A stretch of DNA of 64,000 nt, taken from the NCBI GenBank assembly GCA_040954595.2, contig CM082578.2:4012831-4076830 (forward strand). The letters are read 5' to 3'. Below are positions 12,044 to 24,815 of this stretch, piece after piece. The position numbers and the translations under genes are program-made. Numbering within the stretch: the stretch's first letter is position 1; the number at the start of each line of letters is the position of its first letter. The stretch comes from Balanoglossus misakiensis. Taxonomy: Eukaryota; Animalia; Hemichordata. A model generated the notes under the pieces. It made no database searches. It was not told where the DNA came from and saw only the letters and a list, made by a program, of their open reading frames with translations.

Positions 12044-12921
12044 ATGATCATGCCCCCGCCGATTCCATCAGCGCCCACCTTGTCACCAACACCACTCCCA
12101 CCACGCCCAACCGCTGATATTACACCACCGTTCCAAACTACACTACAGCCGGCAGTACAGCCGATTCTCACGTCTCCGCAGACAGCGGGGATGATTGAGA
12201 CTTCTCCGCCTCCACTATGGTTCCCTCCTATCACCGGGGATGTTCTCATACCAGAATCATATATAGACCGGTGTAAGGTCGTAAGTTGCTCTATAGACAA
12301 CTTTACCAAGAACCTTGTGTTTATGGTTTATTCGCCGAGTGAACGCGCCGGACGTACTTGCACAGGGCGTGTGTTTGGGGGTACCAAACAGAAATTGAAG
12401 TTAAGTCCCAGAAGGCTTAAGAAAGTTGAATGAGCAACTTTCCGAAAATATTTTAGAAATAATGGACGCTGCCCTGACCATTAACGTTTGTTTATGGGCA
12501 AGGGCGAGGGGAAAGCCAAAAATTCATGGGCTCGGAAGCCTCGCCCATGAATTTTGGCTTTCCTCGAGCCCGCGCCCATAAACAAACGTTTATGGTCAGG
12601 GCGGAGTCGGTTATTTCCATTATATTACCAACAAAATCAAGAAAACCGTCAACATTTACGAAAATGTCCCACTAGGGGCCCCGGAACTTGTGTTACGCAA
12701 AATGTTGTATTCACTGAACTGTTTGCTAATATTACTAATAGATTCAGATTTACGGGCATGTAAACAAACTATTACTGAGTATTTGTGGTCAGTGACGTCG
12801 TTCATCTCGACCAATTAAAATGCGACGCACAGGCCATGGTAATATAATCCCACGATTTTCCGCGATCCGCCGAGCGCGACGTGTGGTCAAAACAGTGCAT
12901 CAAGGCAATCGATAAAGCTCT

Positions 12922-12925
<4 letters not shown>
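12044..12925 (+). pseudogene. BEN-domain protein relic with Pro-rich linker, disrupted by a stop and an insertion
   Basis: NFTKNLVFMVYSPSERAGRTCTG...KLSPRRLKKVE*ATFRKY, resuming after the insertion as AERDVWSKQCIKAIDKAL, which fits the BEN-domain pattern. Confidence 0.6.
12451..12848 (-). mobile_element. Non-autonomous hairpin-ended element (Crypton-like)
   Basis: ~150-bp imperfect hairpin at ~12460-12620; the opposite end reads attatattaccatgg...attggtcgag on the minus strand; same layout as the 28007-28634 units. Confidence 0.6.
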
Positions 12926-12953
<28 letters not shown>

Positions 12954-14499
12954 GGGGGGGGGGCTTTATCAGCATGTTTGTCGGATTGTCATTCTCTCGT
13001 TCAGAAAGGAAATGTTCCCTTGCATTTGTACAACTAATGTAGTGTAATTGTGTTTTAAATGCTTAATAAAGAAAACTAACACTAACAACGGACACATTTT
13101 GTTCGTAGTGAATTAAACGCCCCTCCCTGAATGCCTAGTCTGAAATAAAACTTATGTTGAGAAGGAGAGTTGTACATTGATTAACGTTTTCAACGGTGTA
13201 GTACCGGTGTAGCAACGATCCAGATACGACTCCGATGGGAAAAAATATTTGAGAATGCTTTTCGCCTGTGCTGCGCCGGTGTTAATTTTCGACAGCGATG
13301 ACGGGTGGTTCAGATCCAGACCGAAGAAAATATACAGTGAGAACGCAAAGCACAACCCTGTGGTGACTTTTGATTATGTTTATCTAGGTAACCTATTGTC
13401 TTGGGTCAGTTTCCATTGTTGAGTCAATCTAACTGGACGCGAGTGGTTTTCTAGCCACTCGCGGTTAGCCGGGTCTGCAACACTTCTGTCTGCCACCAAC
13501 TTTAGGTTCTTTCGATCGCCGAAAAGACGAGGCGTTTTCGATTTGTGGATTAACATCCAGTACTTCTAAACGATATCAAAACGGTCATGAAGAAGACGAC
13601 AAAGTCGTCTAGAACGCATATCCAGGTATAGAAACTGAGATATGTTGCAATTACATGTCCTCGACGTCCTCAATTTTTGTTAGTTGCCGTGTTCCTAAAC
13701 ATTGCCATTAGACGGCGTTGATCTCAAAACAATGTCCGTTTAGTGTGTGGACGCACACAGATTCTGAGGGCTAATCCCCTGTTAGCAAGAAACAGGAAGT
13801 GCTACGATATTCGTCATTTTTAAGTTGCTGCAATTGATCTGTAGTTTGTACGTGTATGCTTTACATGTATGCATCTGTGGTAACATAAAACACGGGTTAC
13901 AAATGAACATAAATGACTGCATGTACATAGTGTTTTGAACCACTAGCATTCTTTATCTGAATTGGAGGTTGCGCAACTAGACTAGAAAAACCAGAAATGC
14001 CATCATATCATAGACCCTATGGATCAATCAAACGTGTTTGGGGTTCAAACCGACCTGCTTCCTTGCTGGTAAGCAACCGGTGCGCCAGTAGACTAGCCCA
14101 CTAGTCGCTTGGTGATTTTTAAATCTAAATAGTTAAGGTGTTTTCGATGGTTTTTTGTCTTAATAAATAATTTCAATACTTTTTGCGTGCATGCTTGCCT
14201 TGAGCGTGTTTTTGGTAGTGAGGTGAGTTTCGAATTTGGGACTGAGCTTGTGGTTTTGGGTAGCGTGGGTCTACGCGTTCCCTACACATAATGAAGCCCA
14301 TAGACTTGGAGCAAGTCTAGTGCGCCAGGTAAACAAGCGCGCTTCCTGTGACCTGGCTGGCCATGCAAGCCAGGTAGCTCATGAATATTCAGAATGCAAG
14401 CCTGGCGCGCTCAGCAAGCACGCTCACCAGGCCTGGCGAGCCAGGCGAGCCACCTGGCTTGCTGCGTTCAGGAGCAGGCGCGCCAGGTAGAACAGGACA

Positions 14500-17400
14500 T
14501 TCAGTCTGTAGTGTATTTACATGATTCGCTGGATGGCATTGAAAACATTGAGCTAGACTGTCGACAGTCCCTCGCGCCTAATGTGTATCGATTCGGCGTT
14601 TCGTGCGAGGGCCGTAAGGCCCGTATCTTTTGAGGGCCGAAGGCCCGATTCGGCGTTTCGTGGTGCGATGGCCGTAAGGCCTCGGGCGTGGGCGTGGCCC
14701 AAGGGACTGTTATACCTTGTTTCGCCCTCACACGGGCACTGTGGGAAAATGCCCCAGTAAAATGATTGACAGTTAATATACGTCATAAACTCATAAACGG
14801 CAAAGATGTTTTTGTTGCGTCGCCAACGGGCAGTGGGAAGTCTTTGGCGTATGAAATCGCACCTTTTCTCTTGGACAGAATCGGCGAATTTACCGAGGAA
14901 CCGTCATCGATAGTTTTGGTTGTTTCGCTGCTGATTTACGCCCCCATATGCAAATTTTACTACGTCATTTTCTGCATGGATAATTAATATCAAGGCAAGG
15001 CTTACAAGCTATAACAGTCCCTCGGGCCTCGCACCACGAAACGCCGAATCGGGCCTTCGGCCCTCGCACGAAACACCGAATCGATACACATGAGGCGCGA
15101 GGGACTGTCGACAGTCTAACATTGAGCCTATCATTGCCGAAGCATATGCCAAGTTCAATAATTTTTATTTAATAGTAGCTGGCGATTTTAACGCCCGCAC
15201 TGGTGATTTACATGATTATATAGTACAAGACAATGACGTGTATTTACAACTGGGCTATGAACCTGACATCTTTGATTTACCACGTAGTTCGAAGGATAAA
15301 CGTGTCAATTTATTTGGAAGGCAGCTGTTAGAACTATGTAAACAAGTTGATTTGCATATTGTGAATGGACGCTTCCCTGGTGACCTGTATTTCAAACAAT
15401 GGGGCTAGCGTTATAGATTATGTAATCTTGTCTTCAGAAATGTTTTCACTTGTTGAAGACTTTTCAAGTGTACCCATTGATATATCTGACCATTTTCCTA
15501 TCTGTTGTAAATTTACTGACATTCAGTACACTGTACCAGAAAAAATTGATTTTGTGTGCAATACTCAACCTAGGCAACGCTTCAAATGGAATCCGACGTA
15601 CTCAGACGTGTTCCAGCTGAAAATGGAAGATCGCCATGTTTGTCAACTTCTAACAAGTGTGTGCGACCATATTGCAAATGACAGTTCTGATCTAGCTATT
15701 CAGACCATAAGTGACATCTTCGATTATGCGGCCTCAGAAATGAAAGTCAAGAACAAATCTGGCACTCGTCATCGTGCACAATAAGTTTGGTGGGATGCAG
15801 ACTGTGGACGCGCCAAAAATGAAAAGTATAGACTCCTTAATATATTCAGACTTACGAATAGTAATAATGATTTGTGTTTATATCATATCGCAAAGAACAA
15901 ATTCAAATCCATTTGCAAGCAGAAGAAATTGTTGTTTCAGCAGAAACAAAAACGTGAACTGTTGGGGGCGAGGAACGACCCAATCAAGTTTTGGGGGTAT
16001 TTACGCAATCTGAGACGTACTGTTTCGTCCAATGTTGTTATTTCAACAGATCAGTGGCATGATCAGCATTGTATAGACTGTCTTGAAAATGTTCCCCATG
16101 ACCTTAATGCAGTTATTTCTGTGTGGGAAATTGAGAAAGCTATCAGCTGCATGCCAAATGGAAAATCACCTGGTCATGACGGTCCTGTCAGTGAATTACT
16201 TAAGTATAGCTGGCCACGTTTAAGCAGTGTTTTACATCTTTTATTCAACAACATTTTCTCTAATGGTAGCTTCCCAATCAGTTGGAGTAAAGCCATTATT
16301 GCACCACTTCACAAAAAGGGAAGTTTAAGTGATGTAAATAATTATAGAGGCATTTCCCTGCTTTCTGTACTTAGTAAAATTTTTACCAAAACTTTGAACT
16401 TTCGTTTGCAAAAATGGCGCCAACAAAATAAAATTATTTCAGAAGCCCAGGCCGGCTTTCGGCATGGCTATAGTACCATCGATAATATTTTCACCCTCCA
16501 AGCTATTGTAGCAAAACATTTGACTGTGCGAAAAGGAAGATTTTATTGTATTTTCATAGACTTTTCAAAGGCCTTTGATTCTGTCCAGCATGACTTACTG
16601 TGGGTAAATTGATTAGATATGGCATTCATGGAAATTTTCTTTCTGTTCTAAGATCAATGTATACAATGTAGTAACTTACAATATTGTGTAAATACTTCAG
16701 TCGGTTTAACCGATTATTTTGAGTGTACCATTGGAACACGTCAAGGATGTATGCTAAGCCCTACATTGTTCACCTTATTCATTAATGATCGTGTTGAGTA
16801 TTCAAATAAGTTTGGTTGCGAGGGTGTGTATATAGATGAGGAAGCCAAAAACCTCAATATTCTGATGTACGCAGACGATATTGCTGAAGGTTCGGATGTT
16901 GCCATTCGCACCCAGAGACAAATTGATCAGCTTAAGCGTTTTTGTTCTCATTGGGGGTTAAATGTTAACTTAAATAAGACTCAAATTATAGTGTTCCGTA
17001 GAGGAGGTCCCCTTAAAAATAACGAAAAATGGTTCCTGGGTAACAGACAAATTGAAGTTGTTCCATATTACAAATATTTAGGTTTGGTTTTCTCGTCCAG
17101 ACTTAGTTGGAGCCCAACTAAGAGAAATCAAGCCTCACAAGGAAGAAAAGCTATGTTTCAATTGAAAACTGTATTGAGAAGGCTGGGTGGACTGTCATTG
17201 TCCGATTCTTTTAAACTTTTTGACACTTATGTCACTCCAATTCTCTTGTATGGCAGCGAAATTTGGGGCTGGGAGCACTTTCTTCAGGTCGAACAAGTTC
17301 ATTATCAGTTTTGTAAATTTCTTTTAAATGTAAGCAGAAAAACAAATGATTTAGCTGCAATTGGTGAATGTGGTAGATTTCCACTAAGTGTAATGTATTT

Positions 17401-18125
17401 CAAAAGATGAGTGAAGTATTGCAGATGGACTCTAGCAGATATCCTTATAAATGCTATGTAATGTTGTGTAGATTATCCGAAGAACGTGGTATAACATCAA
17501 TTAACTGGGCCTTTAATATCAAAACCACCTTACTTTGTCAATTTGGATTTGGCCATGTATGGTTAAACCAGGGTGTCGGTTCCACAAGTTTGTTTTTATC
17601 TGTCTTTACACAGAGACTTGAAGATTGCGCCAGGCAGAACTGGTATGAAGGGATACATTCATCTCCAAAGTTACGCACGTATCACACATTCAAATCAATG
17701 CTCAGTAGTATCGATATTCTTAAATTCAGAAATGCTTTATCCAGATTCCGCTGCTCTTCACATGCCCTGGAAATCGAGAAAGGTCGCCACGAAAATATTC
17801 CCCTAGATGAAAGGCTCTGTAAATTTTGTTTGAAGAACAACAATCATTGTATTGAAGATGAATTTCATTTTATTTTCATTTGTCCAATGTATATTAACCT
17901 TCGAAAGGAAATGCTGCCAAACTGGCTTTATGTAAATCCTTCATTTGATAAGTTTACATATCTGTTGAGAACCAAAAATGTGACATATTTAAATAATTTA
18001 GCATATTTTATTTATTGTGCAATGAAAACACGAGAGGAGTTCCTCTCTCTCGGTTGATTTCACATGTAAATTACTTGCTCTATGGGCCTGTGGCCTTATT
18101 GTATGTTAATAAATCATATTATTAT
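14500..18125 (+). mobile_element. 5'-truncated, decayed LINE ORF2 (RTEX/Crack-like): APE, RT and C-terminal Cys/His domain
   Basis: GDFNARTG, SVIDY, SDHFP, NNYRGISLLS, QAGFR, IDFSKAFD, QGCMLSPTLF, YADD, RFRCSSHALEIEKGRH..CKFC..EDEFHF..C; several frameshifts; AATAAA plus short (TAT)n tail. Confidence 0.88.
14554..15118 (+). mobile_element. 565-bp internally deleted AcademH-type DNA transposon
   Basis: TAGactgtcgacagtcc...ggactgtcgacagtCTA long TIRs; perfect 9-bp TSD ACATTGAGC; internal SF2/RecQ-like helicase motif I fragment GKDVFVASPTGSGKSLAY. Confidence 0.88.
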
Positions 18126-19704
18126 AATACTGTTTTGATAAGGCGACTATGTCTTAAGTACTTCAGAAAAAAACTGAACACTTGAAATGGTGTGCATATT
18201 TACCAATAGCCACCAGTGTTTTACTCTTGTACCGCAGAATCAGTGAGCTTTTTGGCGTGTTTAAATGTTTCCTCAAAACTACAATTCAAGAAAACATATT
18301 CACAGGCAATGTCGTGTATTTTTGGAGGAAAACAACTATATCGAGTCGTACGTGTAAAAGCGACTGTGTAAATTTAGCAAAACTATCTTTTTTATAGCAC
18401 TATAGTCGTGTACCAATAGAAACGTTTCAGATGATCAGTCGTCGCATCGGCAGTGGAAACTTTTACTTTTACAGGAGATAACGATGAAGTTTATGCAAAT
18501 TGTTTCTGCGCTTTCACCTTGTACGCGTGCGCAAATTAAAAGACGCTGGTGTAGCTGTGGTTGATCATGGCCGCCCACCTGGCATGGCACACCTTCGCTT
18601 GCCAATAAAGCGTGTTTATTCTATTATAGTAGGGCACGTAGGGACCCTCCCTCACAACGGGTCGGACGCTGCCACGATAGACTGAAATATCCAGTTATAC
18701 GCGGGCACGATTGAATATCTTAAATACAAAATATCTTGAATATAAATATTAAATATCTTAATATCCTGGCAACTAAGAATAAAATGTAAATATATATATA
18801 TAAATATGTAAAGTGAAGATAGAGTCGTACACGTTTCAACATACCTTAACAATTCGACATAGGTGAATCGTGCGGTCGAAGTTTGCATCTTTCTCTGATA
18901 TACAACATGGTAAGTCTACATTCACAAAAGAATAATAATTTGAACACGTTTAATTAGGTAAAATAGGTCGGAATGTTTGACGTTCTGATAACTGCCGTCA
19001 TAAAATTTTTTGATATGTCTGAAAGGAGAACAGCGAATACTTCAAAGTGGCCGTAGCCATTTTGCATCATGGCTTCAACTCTGGCTATTTTAACGATAAA
19101 CGTATCAGAGTACAATGAGCGGTGAGACCTTCCATATTAGGTGTGTTTACAATAAAAAATACGGGACGGACCGTCTAAGAATACACCTGTTTTCTATCTC
19201 AGACATTTCGACGATTTATCGTCACAGCAGTGGTTTTACTGTCGCTACAAGCAAGCGGCTCCTTGCTAGAAAGAAACGATGGCGCCAATCAGAATGCCGC
19301 TTGTCACGGCGAAAACTGTCAGATCTCAACATCTCAGCATTATAAGAAATATTTTATCATCACGTATTATGCTGTCTGAAACTCTCAATTATCAAATAAT
19401 ATATTTGCTATACCACAGACGCTTCGTATGTAGCTGTATGTACTGTACACGAATATGTAGAAAAGTGTGAAAAGTATAAGAAACTACAACATATAACGCT
19501 TTTCAACTGCTCTCCATAACATCATTTCCATTTTGTTAACACATAGGGCTCTGGAGACGGGAGCTAGTCGAATTGTACTTGTGGTAATTGTGATTTGATA
19601 GAGTATGTCAATGGAATTGCTGCATGGCATTGTAGCGTATGTACATTGGGAACTATAAATATATTCTGTAGTAGCCTGGGGGTCTACTTTTCACCTGAAA
19701 TTAC

Positions 19705-19966
19705 CCGATTCTAAACGTAGGTCGATCGACACTTAGGAAATGTCCCAACGCCTTTGAAAAATCTTCACAAGCAACAGAGCAACGGTAAATGATACTGAAT
19801 ACTATTCCACATGTCCCAAGGTCCCATTCAAAGGTCCCTTCTCCTGGGTTCCGTTTCAACCGGCTACCACGTCCATATCTGATGGCGCGTGTATTGAGGA
19901 TGTCCCTCACTTCGGCGAAATGATCTTCCATTGCAATTTCCACGTTGTGTAATTTTGTTCTGTAGT
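19705..19966 (-). CDS. Putative internal exon of an unidentified host gene
   Basis: Acceptor ttgttaatag|, donor |gtaatt, open frame (DYRTKLHNVEIAMEDHF...PTFRIG); phase-compatible with exon 30635-30774. Confidence 0.35.
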
Positions 19967-21117
19967 CTATTAACAAACAGATCCATTCTCATACAAAACC
20001 AAGACAAGAAGTTATCTCTTGGTCTTCTGTTCCTATACTAGCTTCATAATTATTTTTAAGAAGATGACGTATTGTAACACCAGCAAAACTTTGGGTCAAT
20101 ATTAACTGCGGGTAAATATTACAATTTGGTGAAATGTATAAAGGGGATTACAACCAAAAATGTATTCCTGAGACCCAGAATAAAGTCTGATTTAGCCTCC
20201 ATATGTTGAGTTCTCGTCTCCAGTTACAAAAGCATTACCTCTCAGCAACGGACTAAGTGTATTCCACACAAACAAACTCTTCCTAAATTTGGTCCGTAAC
20301 AATATTCACTTTGTGATTTTGCATTTATACTATGACACCGCAGTCACAGTATATAAAGTAACAGAAGATTTCTCACTCTATGAAAATTAATTCAGGCGTT
20401 TATCTGTAGATGTGAAAGTATTTCTGCAGTACTGGATACATTTAAATATTGTCTCCTTAACTACAGTTCGGCCTAAGAGTGTAATAAAAAGCTTGTATCG
20501 GGCGTGCACAAATATACTGGTAGTAGCGTACAGGCATTTGCGTTTATACTATCGTATGTGAGTTTTTTATAGAAGTACAAAAAACAATCGTGTATTCTGT
20601 GCACACTAACGCTAATTATAGCCGTATAATACGTCTGTAAAACGGCAGGATATCCTGAACATATACAGAAGAAACTCACTCACTCACAAACTCACTCACT
20701 CATAGCCCACGTAACGTTCCGCTACGATGCTACCGGACATCGTACACTGAGGCGCACCCAACGGTTTGGCTGAGGCGGATGGTTTAGGTGGAACTATAGG
20801 CTCAGCGTTGCCATATATAACTGACCGAATATTTAAGTTTTAAAATCGAGTTTGTATTTTTGTCTGGTCTATTTATAAAATCTAATCATAGTCTCAAATG
20901 TTCCCCTGTAGGCCGCTATATGCGTTTGCTGTGTGCACAATGTATTATTGGGGAGGGGGGGGGGGGAGATGAGCTTTGGGAAATCATGATAGACACATAC
21001 CATACAGTACCCGCTTGAAAACACTTGTTCGCTGTACAACGAAAACACACAAGCTTCAACAAGTGTTGATCATGGTTAATTTATGCAAATGACGAGAGGT
21101 GTAAAGATAAACTCTTA

Positions 21118-22095
21118 TTGTGCGGCATCGACATTGGAGGAATCCACATTGTATTGAACCTGTACAGTCCCCCACAGGGTGATAAAACGAGAATTTCAAT
21201 ACACGATGTACCATTTCACGTGACGAATGCGACGGTTGATGCATTTCTCAGTCAGTATTGTGAACAGAAGGAAGCTGTTGTCCGGTGCACGGTCACAGAT
21301 CCACTGGACGGAGCAAAATACTACAACGGCAATCGGTTCTGTTACGTGACATCAGTCAAGAAACCAATCCCAAACTTTGTACAGATGGAGACGGAGACTC
21401 AGGACGGTGTGAAAATTTCTTATCCCATTAGAATTTTCTATACCGGTCAACCAACCGAATGTCGACACTGCAAGGGTGAAGACCACCAAACACGGCACTG
21501 CCCGAATCGTCCACCAATGAAATGTTACAACTGCCAACAAAGCGGTCACAGCGGACGTCTCTGTCCAAAAAGCAAGCAATGCTACAATTGTAAAGACTTT
21601 GGTCACATTGCTGCGAAGTGCCCGAAAACCGTTGAAAACGAAAAAGCGGTCGACAAGTTTGTGGAAAGTTATTCTAAGCGTGTCAGAGAAGCAGAAAAAA
21701 TTATCGACATGGCTATTGAAGACATTACGCAGTCGACAACGAATCTTGTGACGACAACTGCGGTAGTTCACGCCAATCCAGAGAAAGTGACGACGGCAAA
21801 GAAAGATGGCGACGAGCGGGAAAAGAAACCGGTGAAGTCACCAACTTCGGAAGACGTTTTCCGGTCGCCCGACAGCTATAGACAGAAAAGGATTGGTATT
21901 ACTCGGTTCTTCTCAAGACTAAGTTCAAAAAAAGACAAGCGTTCTCCGCCAACTCCGATTGAAAACCTCCAAAAGAAGAGAAGAGAATTTGCCAGCTCCC
22001 ATTCGACAATCAGCAACATTTCAAGTAATTCGGACTCGCGAGAGAATCCACAGAGAAGCGATGCGGTTGTAAAGGGAAGACCGAGATCGGTTTAA
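21118..22095 (+). CDS. Tx1-type ORF1 (gag-like, three CCHC zinc knuckles), N-terminally truncated
   Basis: YNGNR..Y.GQP motif; CRHCKGEDHQTRHC, CYNCQQSGHSGRLC, CYNCKDFGHIAAKC. Confidence 0.9.
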   Translation: MCGIDIGGIHIVLNLYSPPQGDKTRISIHDVPFHVTNATVDAFLSQYCEQKEAVVRCTVTDPLDGAKYYNGNRFCYVTSVKKPIPNFVQMETETQDGVKISYPIRIFYTGQPTECRHCKGEDHQTRHCPNRPPMKCYNCQQSGHSGRLCPKSKQCYNCKDFGHIAAKCPKTVENEKAVDKFVESYSKRVREAEKIIDMAIEDITQSTTNLVTTTAVVHANPEKVTTAKKDGDEREKKPVKSPTSEDVFRSPDSYRQKRIGITRFFSRLSSKKDKRSPPTPIENLQKKRREFASSHSTISNISSNSDSRENPQRSDAVVKGRPRSV

Positions 22096-22161
22096 ATCAA
22101 GTAACTGTGTTTATTTAAATATATATACATATATACTTGCTTTTTGTGTGTGTTTTCATTT

Positions 22162-23343
22162 ATGGCTTGTAAAATAGTTACACTGAACATTAGAGGAATA
22201 CCAGAAAGAACAAAACGCAACCTTATTTTCAATTGGTGCCGTCGTAAAGGTTTCCACATGATTTGCTTGCAAGAGACCTATAGTAAAAAGAGTGATGAGA
22301 AAATATGGAATAGGGAATGGGGAGGTAACATTTTATATAACCACGGCACAATACACAGCTGTGGAATACTTTTTTTCAAATAACATTCCTGTTTCTACTA
22401 GTGAGGTTCATAAACACAGCATTTGGAGATTTATCAGTGTAAAATTAGATTTAGAGGGATCTTCCCTCCGTCTTTTCAATATTTATGCTCCGAACAGTAC
22501 TTCTGCCAAATTTTCTTTTTTTGCTAGCCTTAAATTTGTAATTTTGTTAATCAAGTGATGTTAGATGGCGACCACATTGTAATTTGTGGCGATTTCAATA
22601 CGATTTTGGATCCAAAGTTAGACAAATTTTCTAGTTGTGACAAAGACAATGACTGCGTTGATGCCAAGGCAAGGCGTTCTTTAAAAACTATTTTGCAATT
22701 GTATGATTTGTGCGACATTTGGCGTAAGTTTCATCCTTATGTTAAGCAATATACCTGGCGGCGGAGAAGGCCTATAACACAAAGCCGTCTCGTCTCTTTT
22801 TTTCTTGTGTCAAATGGAATTAACAAAAGTGCTACTCTGTGTGAAATCATTCCTGCAAGTTATAGTGATCACATGGCTGTTGTGCTTTCCTTTGTTTATT
22901 GTAAGCATGAGAAAGGTCCAGGTTACTGGAAATTTAACAACAGTCTGTTAGAAGATAATGTTTATTTGGATAAGCTGGTTGTTTATATTGAGAATTGTGC
23001 AAAAAAATATAACCATGTGGCTTGTAAACAAACGAAATGGGATTTATACAAGAAAGCGTTAAAGCAGTTTACAGTTACATACAGCATTCAGAAAAACCGA
23101 CAGCAACTGAGTAAGAAACAAGATCTTGAAGATCTGTTAAAGCAGAGCGAGAAATTGTTGTGTAATTTCCCATCAGATGAAAATTACGGGGCATTTCAGA
23201 AAACTTGCTCTGACCTCAATAGTATTTTAAGTAAAGAGGCAGAGGGTTGTCAAATCAGAGCAAGAGCCCGATGGGTGGAAAAGGGGGAAAAACACAAAGT
23301 ATTTCCTTGGCCTAGAAAAAAGGAACGCCACAAAGAAAAATAA
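22162..23343 (+). pseudogene. Tx1 ORF2 5' part (APE endonuclease plus linker), frameshifted
   Basis: TLNIRG, CLQETY, NIYAPN, GDFNTILD, SDHMAV, GPGYWKFNNSLL, RARARWVEKGE. Confidence 0.9.
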
Positions 23344-23795
23344 TTACTACTATGAATGAACAAGCGACACACACACAGGATTGGGTGAAAGTGGGGTGTT
23401 TTTTATTAATTGAATGTGGTGACACACTCCACACCGACCAACGGGTGGGTTGGGTTGGGAAAAACGACACACGAACCAACTAATATGGCCAAGCCAAAAG
23501 ACTGAGTGGCTGGGCGCCAAACAGAAAACTGCTACAGTACTAAAAAAACCCCGCCAATTCGGAAAGCACCAATCACAGGGCCGGTAGCCCCCTTGTAAAC
23601 TGAGGGGCGCCCTCACAGTCCGTAATTAAACATTTCTTTAACAAGAAATAAACAAATTACTACTATGAATGAACAAGCGACACACACACAGGATTGGGTG
23701 AAAGTGGGGTGTGTTTTATTAATTGAATGTGGTGACACACTCCACACCGACCAACCAAAATCACCCAAACCTCTGAGTGAGTAGTAAAAGTTACT

Positions 23796-24730
23796 CTAGG
23801 AAAAGTTTCCATCACGAATTGCCCTGCCCATAGAAGCAGTAACTTCTAATTTGTCGACCAAAGGTACTTTAATGTACTGACGGAAAGCATCACTGGCCCA
23901 ATCACCGTGCATACGAAGCATTTCTGGAGGGATGCCGCAGTGGAATGCAAACGAACAACCTCCTCTGCGGAAGCTGTGACCAGAGAAATACTGAGGGGAG
24001 AAACCGGCCAAGGAAACCAGACGGGAAAGTGCTCCGGAAAAAACCCTGGCTGAAAGAGGGACAAGGCAACCTCCAGAAGGTACGACGAATGCAGGTGCAG
24101 TGGCCGGTGCTGGGATCAAAGAACACATTGATTTAAAAGCTTTAACTGGGCAGAGTGGGGAACCAGGAATACAACAAATAGGGAGAAAATGCAAACGCTC
24201 CCCAAATTGAATAGTCTTACTATAACTAACAGTAACGACTAAGTAATGCTCAAAAACTCTAACTTTGTCCCTAGTCAAGTGCTTAGCACTGTCAAAGCTA
24301 TGTGGACCTGGGGGTACTATATTACTCTTCCTGAAAAAAAACAAAAAAGGCAAGTAAGAAACAGGCCCACAAAGCGGAGTGAACTGGTTTAGAAAGGTCT
24401 AAAAACTTAAGAAATTTAAGTAACATCTGAGGTGTGATTTGGTATTTTGACAAGGTAATGTTGAAAGTTCTCTCTTAAGCGCTCTAACTGATAATTCAAC
24501 GAGGAAATCTGAGATTGGTTCCACCGAAAACCCATTGTATGAAGCAAAACGCTTAAGACTAGTCTTGTAGTTGAGGATTGTACCAAAGGCATGGATGCCA
24601 CGTGCTAGAAACTCTAAGAAATTGCAAATGGTGAGTGGGTCTAAAGGCAATGGTTTAACATTAAAATATGTACAAAACAGAAAATATGACTTAATATGAC
24701 TTCTGAAGTTCTGTGCTGTGCCGCTCGCGT
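23796..24730 (-). pseudogene. Tyrosine recombinase of the Ngaro element, frameshifted
   Basis: FFFFRKSN, SKTIQF, LCPV, SGHSFRRGG, HGDWASDAFRQY; N-terminal part in ORF 24399-24650. Confidence 0.92.
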
Positions 24731-24815
24731 AAGCTGAACGGCGACGGATGACTGATTGTTGGCAAAGCGTCCTCCACTGTCTTGTGCCAATAAGGTCGAG
24801 TCCTGTAGGAACAAA

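Noticed and set aside
12925-12963. T/G homopolymer run as a retro-insertion tail
   Set aside because: No associated element body or TSD identified
18845-18894. Small AG..GT-bounded minus-strand segment as the next exon of the orphan gene
   Set aside because: The phase from the 19705 donor leads to a stop; no independent support
20968-21073. Upstream extension of Tx1 ORF1
   Set aside because: Contains stops and lies outside the TSD, so it is host flank
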